In this document: positions 19,940 to 29,984 of the stretch, one piece after another
Layout: every line of letters starts with the position of its first letter
Position numbering within the stretch: the first letter of the stretch is position 1
The notes under the pieces: model-generated
The model's input: the letters and a program-made list of their open reading frames with translations, nothing else
What the model was told of the DNA's origin: nothing
Database searches by the model: none
Program-made: the position numbers and the translations under genes
Source: Flavobacteriales bacterium
Lineage (GTDB): Bacteria > Bacteroidota > Bacteroidia > Flavobacteriales_D > CAJJDF01
NCBI GenBank assembly: GCA_965660305.1
Contig: CBFHZD010000004.1
Coordinates: 20,680-84,679, forward strand
Length of the DNA: 64,000 bases
Reading direction: 5' to 3'

Positions 19940-20749
19940 ATGAAACCAGGAACTAAAGCATGGAAAAATTTTATGTCGAAACTGTACGGAATTGGTGCAG
20001 CTGTGGTAATTGTTGGAGCATTATTTAAAATTCAACACTGGCCCGGGGCAAGTTTGATGCTAACTGTAGGTCTTGGAACCGAGGCAGTTATATTTTTATT
20101 CTCAGCCTTTGAGCCCTTGCACGAAGAATATGATTGGACATTGGTTTACCCAGAATTAGCTTTAGGACACGATTCTGATGATGATGAAATTACTTCATTG
20201 ACTCACAAAAGTAAAGGAGGTTCTGTATCTCAGCAATTAGATGGAATGCTAGAAGAAGCAAAAATTGACGGAGCGCTCATAGAAAGTTTAGGTACAGGAA
20301 TGAGAAACTTATCTGAAACTGCAAATAAAATAAGTAACATGTCTGATGCTACTTCTGTTTCTGCAGATTATACAAACAGTCTTAAAAACGCGGCTTCGAA
20401 AGTAGATGCGTTAGCAGAGTCATACACAAAAGCAAGTGCTTCACTCATGGGATTGACAGAAACTCAAGGGGCTGGCCAGTCATTTGGAGAAGAAATGCAG
20501 AAAGTTGCAGGTAACCTTACTGCTTTAAATAAAGTTTACGAGATGCAACTCGAAGGAGCTACTGAGTCATTAGAAAATTCTAAGAAAATTCAATCTGGAA
20601 TTGGTGAAATGATGGGAACTCTTGCGGATTCTGTTGAGGACACTAAAAACTACAAAACAAACATTACTGAGTTAAGTAAAAACTTACAAGCTCTAAATAA
20701 AGTATATGGAAATATGCTAAATGCCATGAATATTAACGCGAACGGTTAA
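19940..20749 (+). CDS. gldL: T9SS/gliding motor protein GldL (PorL)
   Basis: 269 aa with two N-terminal TM helices (YGIGAAVVIVGALFKIQHWPG; LMLTVGLGTEAVIFLFSAFEP), including the conserved intramembrane Glu. Confidence 0.9.
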   Translation: MKPGTKAWKNFMSKLYGIGAAVVIVGALFKIQHWPGASLMLTVGLGTEAVIFLFSAFEPLHEEYDWTLVYPELALGHDSDDDEITSLTHKSKGGSVSQQLDGMLEEAKIDGALIESLGTGMRNLSETANKISNMSDATSVSADYTNSLKNAASKVDALAESYTKASASLMGLTETQGAGQSFGEEMQKVAGNLTALNKVYEMQLEGATESLENSKKIQSGIGEMMGTLADSVEDTKNYKTNITELSKNLQALNKVYGNMLNAMNINANG

Positions 20750-20799
20750 GAATTCAATTGTGTTAAAACATATATTAACTTTTTAAAACAAGAAAAAAA

Positions 20800-22482
20800 A
20801 TGGCAGGTGGAAAAGAAACCCCAAGGCAGAAAATGATCGGAATGATGTATTTGGTACTGACAGCGATGTTGGCACTAAATGTATCAAAGAGTATTCTTGA
20901 TGCCTTTATTACAATAGATGAACAAGCCCTAGAGCAAAACACGAATATCGTGCAAGCCATTAATGGTGTTGGTACAAAAATTGCCTTTTTGAAAGAAGAT
21001 CCTCAATCTAAAAAAACGGCAGAAGAGATTGAGCCAGTGTTCAATAGGATTAAAGATTTCTCTAACAGTGCGGATGATTTATTTTACAATGAATTGAACG
21101 AGATGTTTAAGGAAACTGAAGGAAAGGTTTGGTTTAAAAAAGACCCAACTTCTCAAGTTACTAGTTATACTTCTTTGGACGAGATTACAAAAAAAGACGA
21201 TTATGACACTCCGACAAGATTTTTTGGCGGTGATACTCCAAAATCCATTAAGAGAGGTAAAGCGTTAAGGACTAAATTGATTGAATACAGAGATCAATTG
21301 ATTTTGACAGTTGCTGATTCTGTAAAAGATGACCAAAGTAAGGTGCACGTTATAACGAAAGCAAATTTGGGAAGCCTTGAAGCTTTTACAAAGTTTTTAA
21401 AAGACGACAATCATCCGAACAAAGCTGAGTTGACAGAAATTTATTCTAGTTTAACGAAACCGGAAAAAGTGAAGCAACACAAGGAAATGAAAGATTGGAA
21501 TGTTGCAAGATTCTACCACCAACCAATGGTAGGTGTCGTGTCAACAATGACCTCTTTGAGAAACGACATTAGATTGGCACAACAAAAAGCCTCTAAAATG
21601 TTGTTGTCAAGAATTGATAAACCAATGATGAATATCAACAAGGTGGAGGCGCAAGTTATCGCTTCTACTCAATACTTGAATGTAGGTGAAAAGCTTGATG
21701 TTAAAGTTGGTATTGTTGCGTTTGACTCAACAAAGAAGTATCCAATAGAATACAGAATGGGCAGTGAAGGTGATTTTGCCACCTCTGATTCAGGAGCATT
21801 CGTAATTAGTGCAGGTTCGCCAGGAAAAAGAAATTTGGAAGGAAACTTACGTGTTGATTTGGCGGGAACTCCGACTGATTTACCATTTTCTTTTGAATAC
21901 ACAGTAGGTAAGCCATCGGCTTCTATTGCAGCGCCAGAGTTGAATGTGATGTACAGAGGTTATGACAATAAGATTCAAGCGGTTGCCTCTGGTTATCCAC
22001 CAGATGCAGTTAAGGTTTCTTGTTCGGGATGTAAATCTTTTTCTAAAAAGGGAGATTTATACATTGCTAAAGTAGGTGGTGGAAAAGAGGCGACAGTTTC
22101 TGTAACTGCTGATGGGAAAAAAGTAGGGATGCAGAAGTTTAGAATTATGCCAATGCCTAAGCCACAACCTTATTACGCAGGAAGAACCTACGGTGACAAT
22201 ACAATTAAAAGAGGTTTGTTGAAGCAAACACCTCCTTTGACTGCTAAGTTAGCAGACTCTCCTTTAGATGTTCAGTTTTCAGTAAAGTCATTTACGCTAG
22301 AAGTAATCGTAAACGGAAAATTGATCGAGGAAAAAGGAAGAGGAGGTTCATTGACACCAAAAATGAAAAACCTACTGAAAAACGCGAAAAAAGGACAAAA
22401 AGTTTACTTCAGTGATGTAATGGTTGCTGGTCCCGATGGAAAGTCTAAGCCTATTGGTGGACTTACTTTTAAAGTGTTGTAG
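20800..22482 (+). CDS. gldM: T9SS/gliding motor protein GldM (PorM)
   Basis: 560 aa. The N-terminus MAGGKETPRQKMIGMMYLVLTAMLALNVS carries Arg9 and Tyr17 in a single TM helix, followed by a long periplasmic region. Confidence 0.9.
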   Translation: MAGGKETPRQKMIGMMYLVLTAMLALNVSKSILDAFITIDEQALEQNTNIVQAINGVGTKIAFLKEDPQSKKTAEEIEPVFNRIKDFSNSADDLFYNELNEMFKETEGKVWFKKDPTSQVTSYTSLDEITKKDDYDTPTRFFGGDTPKSIKRGKALRTKLIEYRDQLILTVADSVKDDQSKVHVITKANLGSLEAFTKFLKDDNHPNKAELTEIYSSLTKPEKVKQHKEMKDWNVARFYHQPMVGVVSTMTSLRNDIRLAQQKASKMLLSRIDKPMMNINKVEAQVIASTQYLNVGEKLDVKVGIVAFDSTKKYPIEYRMGSEGDFATSDSGAFVISAGSPGKRNLEGNLRVDLAGTPTDLPFSFEYTVGKPSASIAAPELNVMYRGYDNKIQAVASGYPPDAVKVSCSGCKSFSKKGDLYIAKVGGGKEATVSVTADGKKVGMQKFRIMPMPKPQPYYAGRTYGDNTIKRGLLKQTPPLTAKLADSPLDVQFSVKSFTLEVIVNGKLIEEKGRGGSLTPKMKNLLKNAKKGQKVYFSDVMVAGPDGKSKPIGGLTFKVL

Positions 22483-22538
22483 TACAACATTATAAATAAA
22501 AGTGCGTACTAGTTAAATACGGATATAAAAGAAACGAG

Positions 22539-23480
22539 ATGAAGACGAAAATAATAGCAATAGCGATAGCAGCCTCTTTGATGATTACTGGATTTGCATT
22601 TGGACAGCTCCAAAGCACGGGAGTATCTCCTTCCAACGTACTGGATGGATTGTATGTTCAGCAACATATTCCTACCAAGAAGGTAATTTCTTATGTACCA
22701 CTAAGAGAAGCGGATGTAATGTGGAGTAAAAGGATATGGAGAGTGATTGATGTTCAGCAGAAGCTAAATTTTCCTTTGTTTTACCCAAAAGTGCCCTTAA
22801 CGGATAGAATGGCATTGTGGGACATCATTAAATACGGAATTGAGACAGAAGGGAGTTTAACTCCATATGAAATTAACGGAAATGGTAAGATTGACTGGGA
22901 TGGGGAGTTTTTGTACCCGGTAGTTGCTCCGCAAGGAAATACGAATGATACAAACTACAAAACCTCAATTGATAACTTGCTTTACAATACTTCTCAGGTT
23001 CAAAAACTCGATGAAAATGGGGAACCAATGTTTGATGAAGAGGGAGATGATATTTTTATTACCTCTAAAGATCCAGTTACTGCAGATAACATCATGCAGT
23101 ACTTGGTAAAGGAAGATTGGTTCTTTGATAAGCAAAGGTCTGTAATGGATGTGAGAATCATTGGAATCTGTCCAATTATTGCCACTTATGACGATGACGG
23201 AGAGTTTAAGGCGCCAAAGCAATTGTTCTGGTTGTATTTCCCTGAATGCCGTTATGTGTTCCAAAATTATTTTGTTTACAACAGGCATAATGATGCTCAA
23301 AGGATGTCGTTTGATGATTTGTTCTGGAAAAGACAATTCTCTAGCTATATTTACAAAGAGTCCAACGTTTATGACAGAGAAATTAACCACTACGAGAAGA
23401 ATGGAATAAAAGTACTTTTGGAAGGTGAGAAGATTAAACATGAAATGTTGAACATCGAGCACGATTTGTGGCACTTATAA
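22539..23480 (+). CDS. gldN: T9SS/gliding periplasmic ring protein GldN (PorN)
   Basis: 313 aa with a signal peptide. The length, the position after gldM, and motifs such as WSKRIWRVID / EDWFFDKQRS fit GldN. Confidence 0.85.
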   Translation: MKTKIIAIAIAASLMITGFAFGQLQSTGVSPSNVLDGLYVQQHIPTKKVISYVPLREADVMWSKRIWRVIDVQQKLNFPLFYPKVPLTDRMALWDIIKYGIETEGSLTPYEINGNGKIDWDGEFLYPVVAPQGNTNDTNYKTSIDNLLYNTSQVQKLDENGEPMFDEEGDDIFITSKDPVTADNIMQYLVKEDWFFDKQRSVMDVRIIGICPIIATYDDDGEFKAPKQLFWLYFPECRYVFQNYFVYNRHNDAQRMSFDDLFWKRQFSSYIYKESNVYDREINHYEKNGIKVLLEGEKIKHEMLNIEHDLWHL

Positions 23481-23503
23481 AAGTTTAAAAACGAGCAAGA
23501 TTT

Positions 23504-23534
23504 GGCTGTATAGATTTTCTATACAGCCTTTTTT
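23504..23534 (+). terminator. Rho-independent terminator after gldN
   Basis: An 11-bp perfect stem ggctgtataga / tctatacagcc with loop ttt is followed by TTTTTT (23529..23534). Confidence 0.8.
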
Positions 23535-23558
23535 ATTAATAAAAAGTAAAGATTTGAA

Positions 23559-24605
23559 ATGAAAAAGATACTTATAACTGGAGGAGCAGGATTTATTGGT
23601 TCCCATGTAGTGCGTTTATTTTTAAAGAACTATCCGAGCTATGAAATTGTAAACTTAGATAAGTTGACTTATGCTGGAAATCTTGAGAATTTAAAGGATG
23701 TGGAGTCTAACCCGACCTATTCTTTTGTGAAAGGCGATATAGTGGATGAAGATTTCATTCTTAATCTCTTTCAGAATAATGAATTTGATGGAGTAATACA
23801 TTTAGCCGCGGAATCGCACGTGGATAGATCAATATCTAACCCAACAGAGTTTATCAAAACCAACGTGATGGGTACCATAAACCTGCTTAATGCAGCCAGA
23901 AGTAGTTGGGGAAATGAGTTCAAGGATAAAGTATTTTATCACATTTCTACGGATGAAGTGTATGGGTCTTTGGGGAAAGAAGGATTCTTTTTGGAAGAGA
24001 CTCCCTACGACCCAAGAAGTCCATATTCTAGTTCAAAAGCTAGCTCGGACCACTTGGTTAGAGCTTATTTTCACACTTATGGTATGCCTGTAAAAATTTC
24101 GAATTGTTCGAATAATTATGGCTCTCATCAATTCCCTGAAAAACTGATACCCTTAATGATTCATAATATTAAGAAGAATAAGGCGCTCCCGGTTTATGGA
24201 GAAGGGTTGAATATAAGAGACTGGTTGTGGGTAAATGATCACGCTAGAGCTATTGACGTGGTGTTCCACAAAGGTGTTTTAGGCGAAACTTATAACATAG
24301 GAGGAAACAATGAATGGACCAACATAGACTTGGTAAAACTATTGTGTAAGACAATGGATCGTAAATTGGGTAGATCGGAAGGTGAAAGTGAAAAATTGAT
24401 AACCTACGTAACCGACAGAGCTGGGCACGACATGCGCTATGCAATCGATGCTTCCAAGATTAAAAGAGACTTGGGGTGGGAACCTTCAATTACTTTTGAG
24501 CAAGGGTTAGAAGATACGGTAGAGTGGTATTTAAAGAATGAGGATTGGCTGGAAAACGTAACTTCTGGGCAATATCAATCCTACTATGAAAAGCAGTACA
24601 AGTAA
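23559..24605 (+). CDS. rfbB: dTDP-glucose 4,6-dehydratase
   Basis: 348 aa with Rossmann motif GGAGFIGS, STDEVYG and the YSSSK catalytic motif. Confidence 0.9.
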   Translation: MKKILITGGAGFIGSHVVRLFLKNYPSYEIVNLDKLTYAGNLENLKDVESNPTYSFVKGDIVDEDFILNLFQNNEFDGVIHLAAESHVDRSISNPTEFIKTNVMGTINLLNAARSSWGNEFKDKVFYHISTDEVYGSLGKEGFFLEETPYDPRSPYSSSKASSDHLVRAYFHTYGMPVKISNCSNNYGSHQFPEKLIPLMIHNIKKNKALPVYGEGLNIRDWLWVNDHARAIDVVFHKGVLGETYNIGGNNEWTNIDLVKLLCKTMDRKLGRSEGESEKLITYVTDRAGHDMRYAIDASKIKRDLGWEPSITFEQGLEDTVEWYLKNEDWLENVTSGQYQSYYEKQYK

Positions 24606-24607
24606 AT

Positions 24608-24637
24608 AAAAAGGCAACCTTAGAGGTTGCCTTTTTT
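24608..24637. terminator. Bidirectional terminator shared by rfbB (+) and the TM2-domain gene (-)
   Basis: AAAAA, an 8-bp stem ggcaacct / aggttgcc with loop tag, then TTTTTT. The hairpin also encodes the last codons and the stop of the minus-strand TM2 gene. Confidence 0.7.
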
Positions 24638-25021
24638 CATTTTGTTCCAAATGAATATAGAGGTATTGTTTTGTAGTTGTTTGGAGTCCTTGGCGGACAG
24701 AATATATACTATATCTATAACAGGTAACACAAAAAATCCACCACCTAAAGTCAAGGTGTAAGTTATGGGTATTCGAGGAGATGTACCGAGATAAAGTCGA
24801 TGAACACCAAAAACTCCCAGCGTTACGGCTAGAGTGACAGCAGTAATTTTCATGTTTCGAAACTGTTTGGCTGTTAAACTATCTTCTTTTATTGAATCAT
24901 TCTGTTTCCAGTATTCCATGTCAGTTTCTATAGCTGTTGTTGCGAATTCTTTAGGTTGTTCTGCGAAGGTGAGTTGCGGAAATAGGAAACTGAGTAGAAT
25001 ACTCAAAAAAAATAGTTTCAT
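24620..25021 (-). CDS. TM2 domain-containing membrane protein
   Basis: 133 aa with a signal peptide plus the TM2 pattern LGVFGVHRLYLG...GGGFFVLPVIDIVYIL. Confidence 0.65.
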   Translation of the reverse strand: MKLFFLSILLSFLFPQLTFAEQPKEFATTAIETDMEYWKQNDSIKEDSLTAKQFRNMKITAVTLAVTLGVFGVHRLYLGTSPRIPITYTLTLGGGFFVLPVIDIVYILSAKDSKQLQNNTSIFIWNKMKKGNL

Positions 25022-25064
25022 TAATATGGCTTTGTTTGTCCAAAATTAAAGAAAATAATGCAAT

Positions 25065-25096
25065 AAAAAAGCCTGTCTCGAGATCTCGAGACAGGC
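25065..25096 (-). terminator. Rho-independent terminator after the superoxide dismutase gene
   Basis: A perfect 26-nt palindrome gcctgtctcgagatctcgagacaggc (25071..25096) is followed on the minus strand by TTTTTT (complement of 25065..25070). Confidence 0.8.
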
Positions 25097-25118
25097 TAGC
25101 TATTCATTAAAAAAATAC

Positions 25119-25727
25119 TTATTTGTTGTTAGCGTAATTTTTAGAAACTTCTTCCCAGTTGATTACATTAAAAAAGGCATTGATGTAATCTGGTCTTCTG
25201 TTTTGGTAGTTTAAGTAATAAGCGTGTTCCCAAACATCTATACCCATGATTGGAAATCCAGCGCATCCAACTCCTGACATTAATGGGTTGTCTTGGTTTG
25301 GTGTTCCGCAAACTTCTAATTTTCCTCCAGGGTGAACACACAGCCAAGCCCATCCAGAGCCAAATTGTGTAGCAGCAGCATTTGAAAATGCAGTTTTGAA
25401 CGCTTCGAAAGAACCGAAAGCATCATTGATAGCTGCAGCTAATTCTCCTGTTGGTTCACCACCTCCATTTGGTGACATAACTGTCCAAAACAATCTATGG
25501 TTGTAAAATCCTCCACCGTTGTTTCTTACAGCTCCGTTTGACATATCAAGGTTTTCAAGGATTTCCTCGATAGATTTTCCATCTAAATCTGTTCCTTCAA
25601 TAGCTCCGTTTAGTTTTGTTGTGTACCCATTGTGATGTTTGCTATGGTGAATCTCCATAGTTCTTGCATCTATATGTGGTTCTAGTGCATCGTATGCATA
25701 GGGTAATTCTGGTAATGTGAATGCCAT
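25119..25727 (-). CDS. Fe/Mn superoxide dismutase
   Basis: 202 aa with [19 protein letters not shown] and [20 protein letters not shown]. Confidence 0.95.
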   Translation of the reverse strand: MAFTLPELPYAYDALEPHIDARTMEIHHSKHHNGYTTKLNGAIEGTDLDGKSIEEILENLDMSNGAVRNNGGGFYNHRLFWTVMSPNGGGEPTGELAAAINDAFGSFEAFKTAFSNAAATQFGSGWAWLCVHPGGKLEVCGTPNQDNPLMSGVGCAGFPIMGIDVWEHAYYLNYQNRRPDYINAFFNVINWEEVSKNYANNK

Positions 25728-25843
25728 AATTTATTTAGTTTAAAGATTAATTTTTATTGAGAACAAATATAATTAATCCATACTGGAAAGTAAAGAAAAT
25801 TAACCTCTCAATAAGGAACCTATGATGTAAATAAAAGAACTGT

Positions 25844-26308
25844 TTATTTGGTCCCTGTTAATTGGCTATAGTTAACTCCGTATAATACGATAAATACCAC
25901 AGAAAAGATACTACCAAGGATTACCGCTCCAGCAGCTAATTTATTATCCAATACAATCAGCGGCACCGAAATTTCTATTACAGTTGCCAGCACATAAAGC
26001 CAAAACCCTAGTTTCATTAATTTTCTCATGAAGAGAGCTGCAACTATGCTGAGAATATAAACGAGTATGCTGTTGTAATTCAAAAACTCGGCATGTTCCA
26101 ATACGGTATCGGCAACATTAAATAACGCCTTGAGAAATGACTCTCCTTGTTGTCCTTCTGTATCAATGTTATTCATTTGCTCTTGCACTTTTTCAATATT
26201 TCCTGAAAAGACAACAGCATTTACAACACTGGACATAAGCATCATAAAACTCCAACCAATTGTAATGATTGTGAGCACATTTAGCATTTCGGGCACTTTC
26301 TTTTTCAT
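25844..26308 (-). CDS. Hypothetical multi-pass membrane protein
   Basis: 154 aa with about four hydrophobic helices. I recognise no motif. Confidence 0.4.
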   Translation of the reverse strand: MKKKVPEMLNVLTIITIGWSFMMLMSSVVNAVVFSGNIEKVQEQMNNIDTEGQQGESFLKALFNVADTVLEHAEFLNYNSILVYILSIVAALFMRKLMKLGFWLYVLATVIEISVPLIVLDNKLAAGAVILGSIFSVVFIVLYGVNYSQLTGTK

Positions 26309-26311
26309 AAC

Positions 26312-26689
26312 TTAATTCTCTAGTACATCGTCAAGAATGTCATCGTTTGTACCCAGTGGATTGGTTCCCTTATACTGCGCGTCACCAAAGCCAAGAATAG
26401 GAATAAAGATAAATGAAAGAAGAATTAGTCCTACTGTAAATCCATCTCCTTTTCCGAACCTAGTAGAGATAGCCGACCAAACCATTATAGAGGCAATTAA
26501 ATTTACTATTGGAATGAAAAATAGAATTAACCACCACCCTGGTTTTTCTGCAATTTGGGTAAGAACATAAATGTTGTAAAACGGAATGATCGCTGCCCAA
26601 CCAGGTTGCCCAGCTTTTTCGAACATTTTCCAAATTGAAGCAATTAAGAAGACAATGAAACCGATGTAAATGAATAGAATAATTCCCAT
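26312..26689 (-). CDS. Small membrane protein (DUF5684-like)
   Basis: 125 aa. The pattern IWKMFEKAGQPGWAAIIPFYNIYVLTQIAEKPGWW resembles the DUF5684 family as I remember it. Confidence 0.5.
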   Translation of the reverse strand: MGIILFIYIGFIVFLIASIWKMFEKAGQPGWAAIIPFYNIYVLTQIAEKPGWWLILFFIPIVNLIASIMVWSAISTRFGKGDGFTVGLILLSFIFIPILGFGDAQYKGTNPLGTNDDILDDVLEN

Positions 26690-26793
26690 GTTTAGATGTT
26701 TTTTAGGTTAATAGGAATCAAAATAGCGAGAATTTTTGAAAACAGGAAATTCTGAACTAGTTTTTAGTAACTTTGTGGAGATAAAAATAGGAT

Positions 26794-27411
26794 ATGGAAA
26801 CACAAGAAATGCCAATTACAATTTATTCGGAAATGACACCGAATCCCAATACAATGAAATTTGTAGCCAACAAGATGCTTGTAGGTGAAGATGTGGTGGC
26901 TGAATATTTAAGCAAAGAAGAAGCCAAGAATTCATCTGAAATAGCTGAGTCTTTATTTTCTTTTCCTTTTGTGAAGGGAGTCTTTATCACAAGAAATTTT
27001 ATTACCGTTTCTAAAATGCCGGAAATTGAATGGGAAGACATTACTCTAGAACTGAGGTTGTTTATAGCTGACTCGTTGAAAAAAAATCCAGTAGTGGTAT
27101 CCTCATTGCCCACTCCCAAAGCAACTGAAAGCGAGGAAAAGAAAGAAGTTCAAGCTCACTTTGAACCGACAATTACCTCAGAGTTGGATCAAAAAATTGT
27201 GGATTTGCTAGAAGAATTTGTGCGTCCTGCCGTTGAAAATGATGGAGGAGCAATTCATTTTAAATCTTTTGATGAAGGGAAAGTCACCGTGATATTAAAA
27301 GGATCTTGTAGTGGATGTCCTTCTTCAACAGCGACTCTAAAAGGAGGAGTGGAACAACTGCTTAAATCTCACTTGCCAGATGTAACAGAAGTAATAGCTG
27401 AAGCCCAATAA
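26794..27411 (+). CDS. NifU/Nfu-family Fe-S cluster assembly protein
   Basis: 205 aa with an Nfu_N-like N-domain (TPNPNTMKF) and a C-terminal NifU motif GSCSGCPSS. Confidence 0.8.
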   Translation: METQEMPITIYSEMTPNPNTMKFVANKMLVGEDVVAEYLSKEEAKNSSEIAESLFSFPFVKGVFITRNFITVSKMPEIEWEDITLELRLFIADSLKKNPVVVSSLPTPKATESEEKKEVQAHFEPTITSELDQKIVDLLEEFVRPAVENDGGAIHFKSFDEGKVTVILKGSCSGCPSSTATLKGGVEQLLKSHLPDVTEVIAEAQ

Positions 27412-27412
27412 T

Positions 27413-27628
27413 ATGGAAAAGTTTAACAGAGGTTTAGAAAGGTTTTGGTTGTATTTTTCGATTTTGGTAGCCGTCTTTTGCATCTATGAGTTCTTTGTGG
27501 ATGACTTACAAACGGCAAAGTTTTATCTTCTATTCCTAATTATCCCAATAGCGATGTATTTACTTAGGAGGTTTATTAGAATTAGGATGGAAAAAAGCAA
27601 CGAACAATCTAAGACCCCGAAATCATAA
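27413..27628 (+). CDS. Small two-helix membrane protein, hypothetical
   Basis: 71 aa with two hydrophobic segments. The start lies 1 nt after the NifU stop. Confidence 0.35.
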   Translation: MEKFNRGLERFWLYFSILVAVFCIYEFFVDDLQTAKFYLLFLIIPIAMYLLRRFIRIRMEKSNEQSKTPKS

Positions 27629-27672
27629 TTCCCAACCTTTTTGTGTATATTCAACTAACGAATTTCTTTTAA

Positions 27673-28938
27673 ATGGAGCACTACGTGTTACTTATTATCC
27701 TAGTTTCATTGCTTTTTTCTGCCTTTTTCTCGGGAACGGAAATTGCCTACCTGCAATCGAACAGGTTGAAAATAGAAATTGACAAAAAACAAGGTGTTGT
27801 AAGTGCTAAAATCTTATCTTTTTTTGTCAAAAATGAGTCTAAATTCATTACCACTCTATTGCTTGGGAATAATATAGCCCTTGTTGTTTATGGTATTTTC
27901 ATGGGAGAGTTGATTATTGCAGAGTTATTTCCAGAGCATATCCATACCTCTGAATTACCAGGGTTTATTTTACTTACACAAACTCTTATTTCTACACTCA
28001 TTATATTGGTAACGGCAGAGTTTTTGCCAAAAACCATTTTTAGAATTAACCCCAACAGAACGTTGTCTATTTTAGCTTATCCGCTAGCCGTAGTCTATGG
28101 CGTTTTGTATATTCTAACAATGTTGGTCACTTTGATTTCAGGTTTGGTTTTAGGGCTTTTTGGAAGCAAGCAAGTAATTGGAGAAGTGAACTTTGGAGCG
28201 ATTGATTTGGATGATTATTTGAATAAATCCACAAAAATTCAAACCGATAAGGAACAAGATCATGAAGTTCAGCTGTTTCATAATGCTCTCAATTTTAATA
28301 AGGTAAAGGCTAGAGATTGTATGATTCCACGAACCGAAATAAAAGCGGTTAATGTTGAATCTTCAGTGGAAGAACTGGGCAAAGAATTTGTAGAAACAGG
28401 GTATTCTAAAATTATGGTTTTTCGAGACACTATCGATAATATAATTGGGTATGTGCATTCTTTTGAGATGTTTAAGAATCCCGAAAGTATTACTGAAATT
28501 TTGAGACCCGTAGGAATTGTTGCAGAATCTATGCCAGTGAATAAATTGCTCAACCAATTTATTAAACAAAAGCAGGGAATCACCATCGTGGTAGATGAAT
28601 ATGGTGGGACGGCCGGAATTATTACGATGGAAGATGTTGTCGAAGAGATTTTTGGCGAAATAGAAGACGAACACGACAGCGAAGAATTAATCGAAGAACA
28701 GCGCAATGAAAGTGAATTTATCTTTTCGGGAAGGCAAGAAATTGCATACATAAACGGAGAGTATGGACTAGAGCTTCCCGAGTCTGATGAGTATGAAACT
28801 CTTGCTGGTCTTATTGTTACGATTCATGAAAACATTCCCAACGAGGGAGACATCATAGAAATTCAGGAATTTCACTTTGAAATTTTGGAATGCTCTAACT
28901 CTAAGATTGAGAAAATTAAATTGATACAAAATGCTTGA
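27673..28938 (+). CDS. CNNM/DUF21 + tandem CBS + CorC_HlyC hemolysin-family membrane protein
   Basis: 421 aa with four N-terminal TM helices, a CBS pair (CMIPRTEI...; ITIVVDEYGGTAGIITMEDVVEEIFGEIEDEHD) and a CorC C-domain. Confidence 0.8.
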   Translation: MEHYVLLIILVSLLFSAFFSGTEIAYLQSNRLKIEIDKKQGVVSAKILSFFVKNESKFITTLLLGNNIALVVYGIFMGELIIAELFPEHIHTSELPGFILLTQTLISTLIILVTAEFLPKTIFRINPNRTLSILAYPLAVVYGVLYILTMLVTLISGLVLGLFGSKQVIGEVNFGAIDLDDYLNKSTKIQTDKEQDHEVQLFHNALNFNKVKARDCMIPRTEIKAVNVESSVEELGKEFVETGYSKIMVFRDTIDNIIGYVHSFEMFKNPESITEILRPVGIVAESMPVNKLLNQFIKQKQGITIVVDEYGGTAGIITMEDVVEEIFGEIEDEHDSEELIEEQRNESEFIFSGRQEIAYINGEYGLELPESDEYETLAGLIVTIHENIPNEGDIIEIQEFHFEILECSNSKIEKIKLIQNA

Positions 28939-29392
28939 TTCAACATTGTCGGTTTTTTCTGATGAGCATTTTATGAAACAAGCTTTCAGTCAGGCGAAAT
29001 TGGCTTTTGATGCTGGAGAATTGCCAGTGGGAGCAGTCATAGTTTCCAATAATAAAATTATTGCTAGGGCTCATAATCAAACTGAATTATTGAATGATTT
29101 TACTGCGCATGCTGAAATGTTGGCGTTCACCTCTGCGAGTGAATTTTTTGGAAGCAAATACCTTAATACTTGCACGCTTTATGTAACCCTGGAACCTTGT
29201 ATAATGTGCGGTGGAGCTTCTTTTTGGACACGGATAAAAAAAGTGGTTTATGGTGCTTCCGATTCAAGAAAAGGATTTTCTACTTTGTCAGAAAATATCT
29301 TACACCCCAAAACGGAAATTAAAGCAGGAGTAATGGAAAAGGAATGTTCAGAAATACTAGATTTATTTTTTGAACAAAAGAGAAATGAATAG
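28931..29392 (+). CDS. tadA: tRNA adenosine(34) deaminase
   Basis: 153 aa with HAEMLAF and PCIMCGGA zinc motifs. Confidence 0.85.
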   Translation: MLDSTLSVFSDEHFMKQAFSQAKLAFDAGELPVGAVIVSNNKIIARAHNQTELLNDFTAHAEMLAFTSASEFFGSKYLNTCTLYVTLEPCIMCGGASFWTRIKKVVYGASDSRKGFSTLSENILHPKTEIKAGVMEKECSEILDLFFEQKRNE

Positions 29393-29487
29393 AAGAGAAA
29401 ACTTCCGTTAAATTTACCTGTAAACACTCACAATTAAAAAATACTTGTTTATCTTTACTCTACTTTTTTCGGAGAGATGGAAAGATT

Positions 29488-29982
29488 ATGGTTAGAAAAT
29501 TGAAACATAGTATTGAACTATCTGTTTATTCCACTCTGGATGAACTGTCTCCGAAAGATAAAGAGTTAGTGATAAGGGCAAAAGAAGTGAGTAGAACTGC
29601 TTATGCTCCTTACTCGCAATTTTATGTTGGAGCGGCTATACGGCTGGAGTCTGATGTAATAGTAGAGGGCAGTAACCAAGAAAATATGGCCTACCCTTCT
29701 GGAATGTGTGCTGAAAGAGTAGCAATTTATTATGCCAACTCACATCATTCAGACCAAAAAATAAATACGATTGCCATTTCGGCTTTTGCAAAAAAGTTTG
29801 AAGTGAACCACCCAGTATCGCCATGCGGGGCTTGTAGGCAGTCTATGGCGGAATATGAATTGAAGCAAAAGCAACCGATTCGGTTAATCATGACCGGAGA
29901 ATCGGGTGAAGTATATATAGCGGAAAGTATCGAAACGGTGCTTCCTTTTATGTTTAATGAAATTGAATTGAAAAAAGAATAA
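29488..29982 (+). CDS. cdd: Cytidine deaminase
   Basis: 164 aa with CAERVAI and PCGACRQ. Confidence 0.85.
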   Translation: MVRKLKHSIELSVYSTLDELSPKDKELVIRAKEVSRTAYAPYSQFYVGAAIRLESDVIVEGSNQENMAYPSGMCAERVAIYYANSHHSDQKINTIAISAFAKKFEVNHPVSPCGACRQSMAEYELKQKQPIRLIMTGESGEVYIAESIETVLPFMFNEIELKKE

Positions 29983-29984
29983 TT

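Noticed and set aside
22965-23474. 169-aa ORF antisense to gldN
   Set aside because: It is fully embedded antisense in a gene with a strong family assignment. Its composition is low-complexity and hydrophobic-skewed, typical of the mirror frame of a coding region, and it has no ribosome-binding context.
28278-28751. 157-aa Ser/Ile-rich ORF antisense to the CNNM/CBS gene (plus a second at 28363..28674)
   Set aside because: It is an antisense shadow of a well-supported gene with a very biased composition.
27673-28938. Calling the CNNM/CBS/CorC protein GldE
   Set aside because: GldE belongs to this family, but flavobacteria carry paralogues. As I recall, gldE is normally next to gldD and ssb, and neither is here. 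The generic family call is kept.
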